Origin: Chryseotalea sp. WA131a
Lineage (GTDB): Bacteria > Bacteroidota > Bacteroidia > Cytophagales > Cyclobacteriaceae
NCBI GenBank assembly: GCA_025370075.1
Contig: CP073016.1
Location: 464,830 to 528,829 of the forward strand
DNA: 64,000 nt
Reading direction: 5' to 3'
Positions 34,900-44,868 of this stretch are shown here, in pieces (the stretch's first letter is position 1; every line of letters starts with the position of its first letter). Position numbers and translations under genes: made by a program. The notes under the pieces were generated by a model. The model was not told where the DNA came from, made no database searches, and worked only from the letters and a program-made list of their open reading frames with translations.

Positions 34900-36159
34900 C
34901 TATTTACCACGAATAATAACGACTGGATCTACCTTGCTAGCCTTTCTTGCAGGTGCCCAACCTGCCAAGTAAGTAGTGACTAGAGAAAAGGAAGAACCAA
35001 TCAAGTAAAACACAGGGCTGTAATTGATCGGATACGTTTTGATAGTTGGGAGGGATGCCGTATTAAAAGGTATTTGATCAATACCAAAGGAAACCAAAAA
35101 ACCAAAGAGTAGACCTAGCACTCCACCAAACACACCAATACTGAGTGCGATCACCAAAAAAATTCTATTCACATCTTTACCAGAAAACCCCGTAGCTTTT
35201 AAGATGGCAATGGAGTCCATCTTTTCATAGATCATCATATTTAAAATATTGTAAATGCCAAAACCAGCTACCACTAAGAGCGTAATGCCAACGGCATATG
35301 AAATAAGCGATCTTACAAAAGAGCCTGTTTCAAATTGAGCGTTGGCTGTTTGTATATCTTCCGCATCTGTTTGAAACAACTGCATGTACTCTTTCGCTAT
35401 CTGTGGAGCTTCACTCATGTCGGTAAGTTTAATTGAAATATCGGTGATATAGTTGTTCGGTTTACCGAGTATCTTTTGTGTAGTGCCAATAGATGCATAG
35501 CTCTGTACTTTGTCCAGATCTTTCAAACCGGATTCAAAAAAACCTACAACTTTTAAGGAAAACCGCTCTTGCTTTACCGTGGTTACTTGCACTACGTCTC
35601 CAATGTTCGCCAATAGTTTATCTGCCAATCCTTTTCCTAAGATGAGGCTATTGGAAACATTCTGAATATCCAATGGTTTGCCGGTAGTCACATAATCACT
35701 AAAATGAAAAAGGTTACTTTCGGATTCTGCGTCAATGCCATTGACAACACCCGTAATATCAATGGCACCGTCATTAAAGAAAACTTGTGCCGTAATTTTA
35801 GGAGCAATACCTGTTACACGGCCATCCTTTCTTAAGGCTTGAATAATGGCTCCGCTATTATAGATTTCTTCACGGCTACTGCCGGACTTTATCGACCTGA
35901 TAAAATTGTGGCTTTTTTTGAATTCACTAAAGTAATTGATCGGTTGATGGATGTTGGGCTTTATCTCATTGAATAATCGGATGTGAGCCGTGCGGTTCAG
36001 TATCAACCCATCCAATAAGTCATTGAGCCCAGTCATAAAACTTAAGAGCGCAATGAACATGGTGATGCTGAAGGTAACACCAATGGCGGCCACGAGAGTT
36101 TGTTTCCATCTGGCCAGCAGAAGTGATTGAGCAATTCTAAAAATCAGGCGGATGTTCAT
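34900..36159 (-). CDS. ABC transporter permease, FtsX/MacB-like
   Basis: It is 419 aa with an N-terminal TM, a large periplasmic domain and a C-terminal FtsX-type 3-TM bundle. It abuts the ATPase gene and overlaps the adaptor gene by 4 bp. Confidence 0.85.
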   Translation of the reverse strand: MNIRLIFRIAQSLLLARWKQTLVAAIGVTFSITMFIALLSFMTGLNDLLDGLILNRTAHIRLFNEIKPNIHQPINYFSEFKKSHNFIRSIKSGSSREEIYNSGAIIQALRKDGRVTGIAPKITAQVFFNDGAIDITGVVNGIDAESESNLFHFSDYVTTGKPLDIQNVSNSLILGKGLADKLLANIGDVVQVTTVKQERFSLKVVGFFESGLKDLDKVQSYASIGTTQKILGKPNNYITDISIKLTDMSEAPQIAKEYMQLFQTDAEDIQTANAQFETGSFVRSLISYAVGITLLVVAGFGIYNILNMMIYEKMDSIAILKATGFSGKDVNRIFLVIALSIGVFGGVLGLLFGFLVSFGIDQIPFNTASLPTIKTYPINYSPVFYLIGSSFSLVTTYLAGWAPARKASKVDPVVIIRGK

Positions 36160-37238
36160 AAAGCTGGTTTATAGATTACATCGCTTGCTTTTAATCCAGA
36201 TTTTATCTCTACCTTTTGATAATCCTTCAGGCCGATCACTACCTTTCTTTTTTCATTTTTGTTTACAAGTACCAAAGAATCTCCCATCAAATAACTTCTT
36301 GGAATCGTCATAGCCTTTTCTTTGGATTGAATGACAATGTTTGCTTCCACCGAAAGGTTTGGGTAAAGTACGGATGGCTTTGTTATAAAAATCGAATTGA
36401 CTGTAAACGATCTGGATTGTTCGTTCATTAGCGGCTCTATGGTTGCTACTTTCGCTTGAAAAACTTTGCCTTTGTAACTATCCATGGTGAGCAAGATTTT
36501 TTGGTTTTCGCGAATACGTGCCACATCATACTCATCTACTTTCAATTCAATCAAAAAATCAGTAGCATCGCCCACTACTGCCACCGGATTTATTGTATTT
36601 GTGAATTCGCCCTTTTCTTTCAGAATTTTAAAAACCTTACCATTAACTTCACTTTTAATAATATAGTCGCCCGCAATAGCATTGGTGATTTTCAGGTTTG
36701 TCTTTGATTGACTGGCAGTGAATTCAAGCTGCTTTATTAAATTTCGATAGCTGAGATAGGCCGTTTCATAATTCGTCTTGGAGGTTTTATAGGTAAGCTT
36801 ACGTTGTTCTAACTCAACCAGTGTGCCTACATTTTGCGCCCATAAGTTTTCTTGACGAAATAAAAGGAGCGAATCATTTTCCTTTTTGCTAAATGCAAGA
36901 TCAATAGCAATTTTTGCTTCTTTCAATTTGTCAGCATTGGTATGCAAGTCTGCATAGTCAGCGGCAAGTTTAGCGTTTTGTGCATTTAGCCTGGATGGCT
37001 CGTTTACAACGCTCATCAACGGTGTGCCAATTTTTACGGAATCGCCTTCCGTAACAAATATTTCTTCAATCAAGCCGTTTACAGTTGAGTAGACTTGATA
37101 TTGATTTTTGCTTTTAACCACTCCGGAGGCATAAACGGATTCTGAGATGGCTTCAATAGTTGGTTTGGTTTTTTCCGAACCTCCTTTACAGGAAGCTACT
37201 AGTATGACTAACGAAAAGATATTGATTTTCATGGTCAA
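36156..37238 (-). CDS. HlyD-family periplasmic adaptor (efflux membrane-fusion protein)
   Basis: It has a lipoprotein-like N-terminus (LVASCKG), a coiled-coil central region and a beta-barrel C-terminus. Its operon position matches the MacAB type. Confidence 0.8.
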   Translation of the reverse strand: MTMKINIFSLVILVASCKGGSEKTKPTIEAISESVYASGVVKSKNQYQVYSTVNGLIEEIFVTEGDSVKIGTPLMSVVNEPSRLNAQNAKLAADYADLHTNADKLKEAKIAIDLAFSKKENDSLLLFRQENLWAQNVGTLVELEQRKLTYKTSKTNYETAYLSYRNLIKQLEFTASQSKTNLKITNAIAGDYIIKSEVNGKVFKILKEKGEFTNTINPVAVVGDATDFLIELKVDEYDVARIRENQKILLTMDSYKGKVFQAKVATIEPLMNEQSRSFTVNSIFITKPSVLYPNLSVEANIVIQSKEKAMTIPRSYLMGDSLVLVNKNEKRKVVIGLKDYQKVEIKSGLKASDVIYKPAL

Positions 37239-37254
37239 CTCGATAAATAGAGAA

Positions 37255-37797
37255 TTAATTTTTGTTAGGAGGAAACTCTTTTAAAATTTTATACACGGCA
37301 TCGTTGATTTTTTCTTCTGTAAGATTAATATCGCCATTGTCCAATATGGCTGTTCCCCAACCTCGCCAAATAAGATTATTGTTATTGGCATCCATCAAAT
37401 CAATGATCAAGGTCCCTTCTCGGTATTGGTACACATCCATCTGATTGCGAATCCAATACTGACTGTAGTTGTAACCATACATAGATGGGCGTACCATCGA
37501 CTTACTATCGATGACAATGTGGTAGTGAACACGCAAGTCGGGCGCATCTTTGGTGTTTTGAATTGTCTTACTTTTCAACTGCGCGTCCACTGCTCTTTTA
37601 ATCCGCTTATCGGTAAGTTCGTTATACACCAACGGATTATTTTTTGATTCAATCTCCTTTACAGGAAGCCACGAATATGTTTTATACAGATTCAGATTAA
37701 TGTCTTTATCGTAGTCAGACCTTACCCTCAATCGTTCGCTACAACCAACAGTCAGTAGAACTAAAATTGGTAGGAAATTCGCATTATTAATCTTCAT
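37255..37797 (-). CDS. DUF4136-domain lipoprotein
   Basis: It has a lipobox (LLTVGCS) followed by RSDYDKDINLNLYKTYSWLP...LRVHYHIV...EGTLIIDLMDANNNNLIWRGWG. Confidence 0.7.
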   Translation of the reverse strand: MKINNANFLPILVLLTVGCSERLRVRSDYDKDINLNLYKTYSWLPVKEIESKNNPLVYNELTDKRIKRAVDAQLKSKTIQNTKDAPDLRVHYHIVIDSKSMVRPSMYGYNYSQYWIRNQMDVYQYREGTLIIDLMDANNNNLIWRGWGTAILDNGDINLTEEKINDAVYKILKEFPPNKN

Positions 37798-38064
37798 CTG
37801 AGAATTATGTCTTTTTTAATCCAAGCAAATCTATAGTACGTTTTCGCTTAAAAATATGACTTCCGTCATTGCATCAAGTGACTTTATTTTCTGTTTACAG
37901 CAGATGAAAACAAATTTTGCGGTATATGTTACAAGGAAGATGTTTTCCCTTCACTTTTATTTCTGCGTTCTCATGCAAACTATGTTGGCGAATAAGTCTC
38001 AATAGGCTAACCATGCAGATTTCTACCGGTTTTTATCATTCAAAAAACGGAAAGGAAAGGTAAT

Positions 38065-38223
38065 CTAGTCTTTTAATGATGGCAATAGGTACTTCATCAC
38101 TTGATGAATAATCCAAGATGGTTTAGGCGGATTAGGTTTTTCTAAACCTATGTCTACAGTTTCAATCGATTCCTCACCTTTTATTAAAACTGATTCCTCC
38201 ATTATTGCTTGATCTGTTTTCAT
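38065..38223 (-). CDS. Small hypothetical protein
   Basis: It is a 52-aa ORF from MKTDQAIMEE, directly downstream of the SOD gene. I recognised no family. Confidence 0.25.
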   Translation of the reverse strand: MKTDQAIMEESVLIKGEESIETVDIGLEKPNPPKPSWIIHQVMKYLLPSLKD

Positions 38224-38293
38224 TTTGAATATGGTTTTGAGTTGGCTACCTAGAATATATTTGTGCTTTCTGTGATTAGACGCTACTGACGCA

Positions 38294-39000
38294 CTAGGCA
38301 TGGAACAACGTGTCTGCGTAATCCCAATTCAGAACATTCCACCAAGCCTCAATGTAGGCAGCTCGTTTGTTTTGATATTTTAGGTAGTAGGCATGTTCCC
38401 ATACATCCAATGCTATTATGGGAGAACCTTTGACGGGAACATCTTCCATCAAGGGATTATCTTGATTAGGTGTTGAAATGATTTGCAATTTATCATTAGG
38501 TGTATTAATAAGCCAGACCCATCCACTTCCAAATCTACTGGTGGCAGCTTCAGTAAATAGCTTTTTGAAATTTTCCATGGAAGTAAACTCTTTTTCGATA
38601 GCAGCTTCAAGTTTTGATGTAGGAGTTGTTTTTTTGAAAATCCTAATAACTTCCAAAACAATGAGTGATTGTAGTGCCCACCTGCATTGTTGCGAACTGC
38701 TATAGAGTACTTACCGATGTGAGTAAGAATTTCCTCGAGCGTTTCATTTTTGTAATCCATCTTGGTCAAAGCGTTGTTAAGATTGTCCACATACGCCTTG
38801 TGATGTTTGTCATGGTGAATTTCCATGGTGGAAGCATCTATGAAGGGTTCTAACGCTGCAAAAGCATAATCCAGTGCAGGTAATTTAAAATCCGGTGAAT
38901 CATTTTTCATACTCAATACATCGAAAGGTTTGATAATAGTTGATAATATGGTAGCACTAACTAGTTGAGCAGTTTGGTAAATGAATTTTTTACGTTTCAT
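38294..39000 (-). pseudogene. sodA: Fe/Mn superoxide dismutase with N-terminal export-like extension, frameshifted
   Basis: The N-terminal ORF 38449..39000 reads [36 protein letters not shown]...[16 protein letters not shown]. The C-terminal ORF 38294..38656 reads FGSGWVWL...IIALDVWEHAYYLKYQNKRAAYIEAWWNVLNW. The frames join at the T7 run 38629..38635; one extra base would give ...[20 protein letters not shown].... Confidence 0.8.
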
Positions 39001-39559
39001 TTTAACTTTTAAATCTTGACTTAGTAAAATTACTTTATGCTATAAAGGTCAAATCTTTTGATCCTTATCCTTTACACGATTTTTTTAAAATGTTACATCA
39101 TTTACAGGTCAAGTCATTTTGATAGGAATATGATAGTGTACAGGAGATGTCTTACGCACATTTAAGTACCATTATTTACAAAGTAGTATCATGAGAGCAT
39201 GGTCATCATGCTAACGTTGATTCGTCACCGGCAATCCACAAAGGTGGCATACCAACTGGCACACAAAGGGAATACTTCTTAGACCATCATCTAAAAGTTA
39301 AGAGCTTAACCTATTTGTGATATTTATTATTGATGAAAAATAAAAATTGGGGAATTCACTGTTGAGCTGATTTGCTGAATGACCCTTTTGTGAAAGACCG
39401 CTTCAATGGTAGAATGGTGAATAGAGCAAAGAGCCAATGCCATGGAAATCGCTTTTAAGGAATTTTGAGATAACAAAACGATCGTGTAGTATTTGGGGTA
39501 CTGCCTCTGAGGCTCTATTAGTGATTTATCGAAATTGAGTTACGTGAAAAAAAATGCGT

Positions 39560-39824
39560 AGCTCGAATCCCCTTAGCGATAACAACTCGGTTTTCCATAC
39601 ATCCTTCAGCTTCTTGCCCAACCCTGGCGGAACCACCAAAGATCACTTTAAATATCCCTTGGACGCCATCCTGTTTTTAGTGATTTCGGCCCGTGCAAAG
39701 CGAGGCCGATAGTTGGTGCCCAATACTCGTTTTTTGGAAAACCAAACTGAACTGGTTACGTCACTTCCTTCCCTACGCAAATGGGATACCTTCCCATGAT
39801 TTGTTGGGAAAAGTTTTTTCTTAA
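39560..39824 (+). pseudogene. ISAs1-family transposase remnant (N-terminal region only, frameshifted and truncated)
   Basis: My hand translation gives SFLPNPGGTTKDHFKYPLDAILFLVISA, then a frameshift, then VQSEADSWCPILVFWKTKLNWLRHFLPYANGIPSHDLLGKVFS*. The block WLRxFLxxxNGIPSHDxxxRVF is characteristic of ISAs1 transposase N-termini. No DDE domain follows. Confidence 0.55.
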
Positions 39825-40037
39825 TTGAAGTTTGCATATAGAATTGGCTCATTTGTCTTACCATCCTTTAATTTTTCCGATTACTTTTGTTTTTTGGCCA
39901 TAACTGCTAACTGAAAGTGCAATCAAAAAGAACAAGCTAAAAACCTGAGTAAATGTTGGCGAATGCATCTTTTAGGGTGGTGGGTGAGTTAATTTTATTA
40001 AACAAGCGTAGTATGGTTTTATTAAAATAATATTGAT

Positions 40038-41231
40038 ATGCAGCAAGTAAATCAAATAGGCACGCCCCTCACTTCTAATGCCATCAAAGTAATGATGCTC
40101 GGCTCGGGCGAGTTAGGCAAAGAAGTAGTGATTGAATTTCAGCGCTATGGGGTAGAGGTAATTGCTGTTGACCGCTATGACCATGCACCTGCCATGCAAG
40201 TCGCGCATCGGTCGTACACCATTTCTATGCTGGATGGCACGGCTCTTCGAGCGGTGATCGAAAAAGAAAAACCCACATACATCGTGCCCGAAGTAGAAGC
40301 CATTTCTACCGCCACGTTGATTGAACTTGAGAAAGAAGGCTTTCGCGTGATTCCCACAGCCAACGCAACAAAATTGACTATGAATCGCGAAGGCATCCGC
40401 ACATTGGCAGCAGAAACACTGCAACTCAAAACGTCACCTTACCGATTTGCCGAAACGTTTGATGAATTCAAATCTGCTATCCAAGCGATCGGCATACCTT
40501 GCGTGGTGAAACCAATCATGAGCTCATCGGGCAAAGGGCAGAGCGTGGTAAAGTCGGCTGCCGATATTGAAAATGCGTGGCGCTACGGGCAAGAAGGAGG
40601 CAGGACTGAAGGCGGACGTATGATCATAGAAGGCTTTATCGATTTTGACTACGAGATCACCTTGCTTACCATTCGTCATAAAAAGGGCGTATCATTTTGC
40701 GAGCCAATCGGTCACCGGCAAGAGCATGGCGACTATCAAGAATCGTGGCAGCCTCACCCCATGCCGGCCAAGGCATTGCAAGAAGCGCAGACCATCGCAA
40801 AAAAAGTTGTCGATGCGCTAGGTGGCGTGGGCATTTTTGGTGTGGAATTTTTTGTGAAAGGCGAGACGGTTTATTTTAGCGAACTATCGCCTCGCCCACA
40901 TGATACAGGCATGGTCACCATGATTTCGCAAGATCTCTCCGAATTTGCGTTGCACGTGCGCGCGATTTTAGGTTTACCCATCCCCGTCATCCAACAATTG
41001 GGACCGTCTGCCTCGTCTGTAATCTTAGTGAAAGGCCAATCGAAAAATATTTCTTATTCTGGATTGGAAGAGGCGTTGGCTGAACCGGACACACAATTAA
41101 GATTGTTCGGCAAACCAGAAGTGAATGGCGAGCGCAGGATGGGCGTTTGTTTGGCCAAAGGTGCAACCATTGAAGAGGCTAGAAGGAAGGCGAATGGATC
41201 TGCACAGAAGATTCGATTTGAACTAAAATAG
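40038..41231 (+). CDS. purT: Formate-dependent phosphoribosylglycinamide formyltransferase (GAR transformylase 2)
   Basis: It is 397 aa and reads [45 protein letters not shown]...[14 protein letters not shown]...[13 protein letters not shown]. Confidence 0.9.
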   Translation: MQQVNQIGTPLTSNAIKVMMLGSGELGKEVVIEFQRYGVEVIAVDRYDHAPAMQVAHRSYTISMLDGTALRAVIEKEKPTYIVPEVEAISTATLIELEKEGFRVIPTANATKLTMNREGIRTLAAETLQLKTSPYRFAETFDEFKSAIQAIGIPCVVKPIMSSSGKGQSVVKSAADIENAWRYGQEGGRTEGGRMIIEGFIDFDYEITLLTIRHKKGVSFCEPIGHRQEHGDYQESWQPHPMPAKALQEAQTIAKKVVDALGGVGIFGVEFFVKGETVYFSELSPRPHDTGMVTMISQDLSEFALHVRAILGLPIPVIQQLGPSASSVILVKGQSKNISYSGLEEALAEPDTQLRLFGKPEVNGERRMGVCLAKGATIEEARRKANGSAQKIRFELK

Positions 41232-41623
41232 TTTTGATTTTGCACCCTGAACCACTTTATTTCTGACCCTATATGGGATTGGTTTTTGGTCAGCGACCGG
41301 ACGACTGGTGAATTCCACAAACTGGTTCAAGGTTTAGGAGCGATGGATGATGAAATCTGTTGTTAATACCCCGTTTTATGTTGAAATAGGCTCAGTTGTT
41401 AAAAGTGTACTTGAGCCTATAACTATTGCCGAGCACGAATCAACTAATTTATAATTTGACCAACTTCGTGTTAACATGTACGCTTGATGGTAGGGAAGGA
41501 ACTGCCCAATGTGTGGCGCTGCTGAGTTGAAGTTAAACCAAACTGACAAATTGATAAAATCGTAATCTGTCTACAGTACCCCACAAAAATGGAAGAGGAA
41601 AGAACCATAGTGCACAACAAAAG

Positions 41624-42577
41624 TTAATTCATTATTATAAAAGAGTCATTTAATATCTCAAGCCTGTAGCCTTTGCCATGTATATTGGTTATCCGAAGAT
41701 CAGGGTCAGCGCTTAACTTTTTTCTAAGCTTGGAGATGAACATATCAAGGCTGCGCCCTGTAATAACACCTTCATCGGTCCATACATGCTGAATCAGTTC
41801 TTCACGCAGCGTTAGTTGTTCGATATTTCTATTGAGCAACGTCAATATGCTAGATTCTTTATCGGTCAATGAAATGGTTTCTTCACCTATTCTCAAACGC
41901 TGATGGAGGCTGTCAAACACAAATCTTCCTATTTTTTTATGTACCGGGTTGCTTTCATGTTGAGTTGAAGCATGCTGCGCCACGTGTGGCCCTGATTCTT
42001 TAGACCTAAAGCTCTTGCCTACTAATACAAAAGCTAACACTGATAGTACACCACTAATCATCATGGCAGTTTTTGAATGTAGAACAGTAGGGGAAGGGAA
42101 ATCAGCAAAAACAATTTCAATCGTGTAACACGCTTTCGGTTGACTCCTGCCGCGACATGCTATAATGTTGTTGGTCGGAGGATTGATTTCAAAACCATAC
42201 ACAACAACATCAGGTCTGTAACATTCCTGAACCGTAACGGTATAGTGGGATAACTCCGTTTTGACGAGAGACCGCTGAACGATCTCAACTAAGGTGTCAG
42301 GCTGAAATGCAAACTCATTTTCAAATTCAAGCAAAAACACACCGTTTGATTTTTCAATGACAGGACGAACCAACGAACTAGAGTCACCGGCTTGAAGAAG
42401 CAAATCATGCCCAATGGCTCGCACCGCTATAATCACGCGTTTTGAAAGTACTTCATCTTCTGAACTGAACGTAATGAGAGTGACCAAAAATAAGATACCG
42501 GAAAAAGCAATCACCATTGCAGTGAAAAATTTAACAGTTGGGCTTTTAAGTGCCTTATTGAAAGAATTTACATTCAT
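41624..42577 (-). CDS. Membrane-anchored transcriptional regulator with C-terminal OmpR/PhoB-type winged helix
   Basis: It has two TM segments (FFTAMVIAFSGILFLVTLITF; AMMISGVLSVLAFVLVG) bracketing a loop of about 130 aa. The C-terminus reads LTDKESSILTLLNRNIEQLTLREELIQHVWTDEGVITGRSLDMFISKLRKKL...ITNIHGKGYRLE. Confidence 0.7.
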   Translation of the reverse strand: MNVNSFNKALKSPTVKFFTAMVIAFSGILFLVTLITFSSEDEVLSKRVIIAVRAIGHDLLLQAGDSSSLVRPVIEKSNGVFLLEFENEFAFQPDTLVEIVQRSLVKTELSHYTVTVQECYRPDVVVYGFEINPPTNNIIACRGRSQPKACYTIEIVFADFPSPTVLHSKTAMMISGVLSVLAFVLVGKSFRSKESGPHVAQHASTQHESNPVHKKIGRFVFDSLHQRLRIGEETISLTDKESSILTLLNRNIEQLTLREELIQHVWTDEGVITGRSLDMFISKLRKKLSADPDLRITNIHGKGYRLEILNDSFIIMN

Positions 42578-42671
42578 TTACATTTCTTTTTACAAGCTGT
42601 TAACGAACTGTTAACAAGTGCCAGCAATTTCGAGGCATACATTTGTTTATCAAAATAAAACTAATTTTTTT

Positions 42672-43826
42672 ATGAAGCATTTGAAAAAATCTCCTGCCAG
42701 ACCGGTGGGCAAGTACATCCTACTGTTGGTGCTACTAACGGTAATCATTGGCTCATGGACATTTGCCGATGGTTTTTCCATCTGGAACTTCTTGGGTAAA
42801 GTGCAACATGCTGATCAGACCCAAGAAATAAGTCAAGACAGTGCGTACATAGGGGCTGGAGAAGAACAGAGAGTAAAGTCCATTACGAACATCATTTTAC
42901 AATCAAATGATGGTGGACAGACATGGCAAGACATCAGTCGGGGTTTACCTGAACAGCCCGAAGATTTTTTTGCAGGAGACTCAGAACTCTATGTGCGTTT
43001 AAAAGATGGAATGTATCGCAGTAAGAGTAATCTTAAAACGCCTGTTTGGGAAAAAGAGAATGCTCTCGATCCACGATGTACTTCTATAGCCTTCAATCGT
43101 TCGGGCGTAATGGCGTTCACTAATGAAGGAGAAATTTTTCAAAAAACACCTTCCGGCATCTGGTTGCCTATCTATACAAATTTCAAAAACCATTTGATAC
43201 AATCTATCTTTGAAACATCGGATGGAACATTATTCATCGGTAGCGATAACGGACATTACAAATCTGCCGACAGGGGGGAAACCTGGAAAAAAGTACATGA
43301 TGGGGTTATGGGTATGGTGGAGTCAGGCGGTGTTCTTCTCGCGACCTATTCAAAAGGTATCATGCGTTCGAGGGACAATGGTGAACCAGGTATCATGCGT
43401 TCGGCAGACTATGGCGAACATTGGGAATCCGTAATCAGCGAGGGGGGAGTGGGTATCTCGGTTGAACGTATCGATGGAGGATTTGCTGCGATATCCTATA
43501 GCTACAATAGCAAATCCAGAAGGATTCGCATTTCAAGGGATAGTGGAAAAACCTGGAATGCCATTGATGGAGGACTCCAGCCTTCGATGAACATTTCATC
43601 CATCAAGCAAATAGGTAAGTATTTAGTATGTGGCCATCCAGATGGAATATTTCGATCATCTGACATGGGTAAAACATGGAATCTTGTTCATCCAAGTGTT
43701 GACAACGCATTTAAGTTATCTGAAATAACCCAGAATCTTGTTCCCTTCAGAGATAATAGAAAAGTATTTAAGATTTATGTTTCCGGAAATGTGTTGTATG
43801 CTGTGGCGCGAAATTCTGGATGTTGA
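42672..43826 (+). CDS. BNR/Asp-box repeat (sialidase-fold-like beta-propeller) protein with N-terminal anchor
   Basis: It has repeated SxDxGxTW motifs: SNDGGQTWQDI, SADRGETWKKV, SADYGEHWESV, SRDSGKTWNAI and SSDMGKTWNLV. I prefer the start MKHLKK at 42672. Confidence 0.7.
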   Translation: MKHLKKSPARPVGKYILLLVLLTVIIGSWTFADGFSIWNFLGKVQHADQTQEISQDSAYIGAGEEQRVKSITNIILQSNDGGQTWQDISRGLPEQPEDFFAGDSELYVRLKDGMYRSKSNLKTPVWEKENALDPRCTSIAFNRSGVMAFTNEGEIFQKTPSGIWLPIYTNFKNHLIQSIFETSDGTLFIGSDNGHYKSADRGETWKKVHDGVMGMVESGGVLLATYSKGIMRSRDNGEPGIMRSADYGEHWESVISEGGVGISVERIDGGFAAISYSYNSKSRRIRISRDSGKTWNAIDGGLQPSMNISSIKQIGKYLVCGHPDGIFRSSDMGKTWNLVHPSVDNAFKLSEITQNLVPFRDNRKVFKIYVSGNVLYAVARNSGC

Positions 43827-43901
43827 AAAGTGTTGGTATTTTTAGAATTGGCCAAGGATGATTTGTAAATAATACAAATCAATTGTTAGCAAGATATGAG
43901 T

Positions 43902-43940
43902 AAACAACCCTAACCACGATGGCAAGGGTTGTTTTAACTT
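43902..43940 (+). terminator. Rho-independent terminator candidate
   Basis: It has a 10-bp perfect stem, aaacaaccct (43902..43911) pairing with agggttgttt (43925..43934), and a 13-nt loop. It is followed by taactttt. It lies between convergent genes. Confidence 0.5.
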
Positions 43941-43962
43941 TTGAATTCGAAAAAGAATCCTC

Positions 43963-44700
43963 TCATCCCAGCTTTTTCTCCAACTCATCAATTTTATTTT
44001 GAGCTTTCATGTTTCCCATTGATAAGGATAATCGATACAGTTCAAGTGCCTCCCGTCTGGTTTCTTTCTTTTTCCGTGGTGCAAAGTGTGTACGGTTGGC
44101 GGCTTTTTCCAATGCTTCGGCTTGCGCAAAATATAGATTGGCAATTGCAATTTTGTTTTCTGATTGGGTTTCATTTAACAGTTTTTCCAATGATACGATG
44201 TCACGTTCGTTCAGCTTGATCGTTTCATCTCGTAATGATAACAAGGAGTCTGTGCTATTTAATTTTGCCCACATCACTAGATTTTGATTGTGTTGGTTTG
44301 CCAATTTTAATTCTAGATCTAAAATTTCATTGGTGCGATTGGCAAGGTCTGCTTTTAATCTTCGGATAGAGGAAGCAGAGGATTTCGTTGCATTTTTGTT
44401 CGATTTTTCTAATTGAGAAAGTTTTGCCTCGGTTTGTTGAACATAAGCATTGATGTTCTTTAAACGTGATATATAATCACTATACGATGTCCCTTCTACC
44501 ATCTTTAGTTGAAGCGTTTTTCGGCTGGCATCAATTGAATCGATTAACATACCAACCTCATTGAGGTTTTTCTCCGCATCTTTGCTGTTGTTAAGCTCGA
44601 TGCTGAGGGAATCTATACGCTGCTGCAACACGGCTTTTTCTTTTGTTTCGCAGCTAGCAAGTGCAAACACGATGGTGATTCCAATAATGAAATTTTTCAT
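43963..44700 (-). CDS. Coiled-coil lipoprotein, hypothetical
   Basis: It has a lipobox (FALASCE). The rest is heptad-rich and K/E/L/N-rich. I recognised no family. Confidence 0.5.
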   Translation of the reverse strand: MKNFIIGITIVFALASCETKEKAVLQQRIDSLSIELNNSKDAEKNLNEVGMLIDSIDASRKTLQLKMVEGTSYSDYISRLKNINAYVQQTEAKLSQLEKSNKNATKSSASSIRRLKADLANRTNEILDLELKLANQHNQNLVMWAKLNSTDSLLSLRDETIKLNERDIVSLEKLLNETQSENKIAIANLYFAQAEALEKAANRTHFAPRKKKETRREALELYRLSLSMGNMKAQNKIDELEKKLG

Positions 44701-44868
44701 GGTAGGGTTGTTGGTTTTGTTATTGTGGAGGGAAAGAAAAAATGATGCCGAGATGGTGCAATCACTATTGACTCTGAAATGACACTAAGCCGTCAAGGAT
44801 TGGAGTCGTATGTGTAAAAATTTCCTCACTTTAAATTGAAAATAGAAGCATTTCCCCCACAACCTAGT

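Noticed and set aside
39555-39575. tRNA-like T-arm sequence (gtagctcgaatcccc)
   Set aside because: The surrounding sequence has no acceptor stem, D-arm or anticodon arm. The stretch overlaps the start of the ISAs1 relic region.
41490-41575. Tiny ORF MCGAAELKLNQTDKLIKS resembling the CPxCG zinc-ribbon start of MqsA-type antitoxins
   Set aside because: It is only 18 codons long with an in-frame stop three codons upstream of the ATG. There is no toxin partner, and the resemblance rests on five residues.
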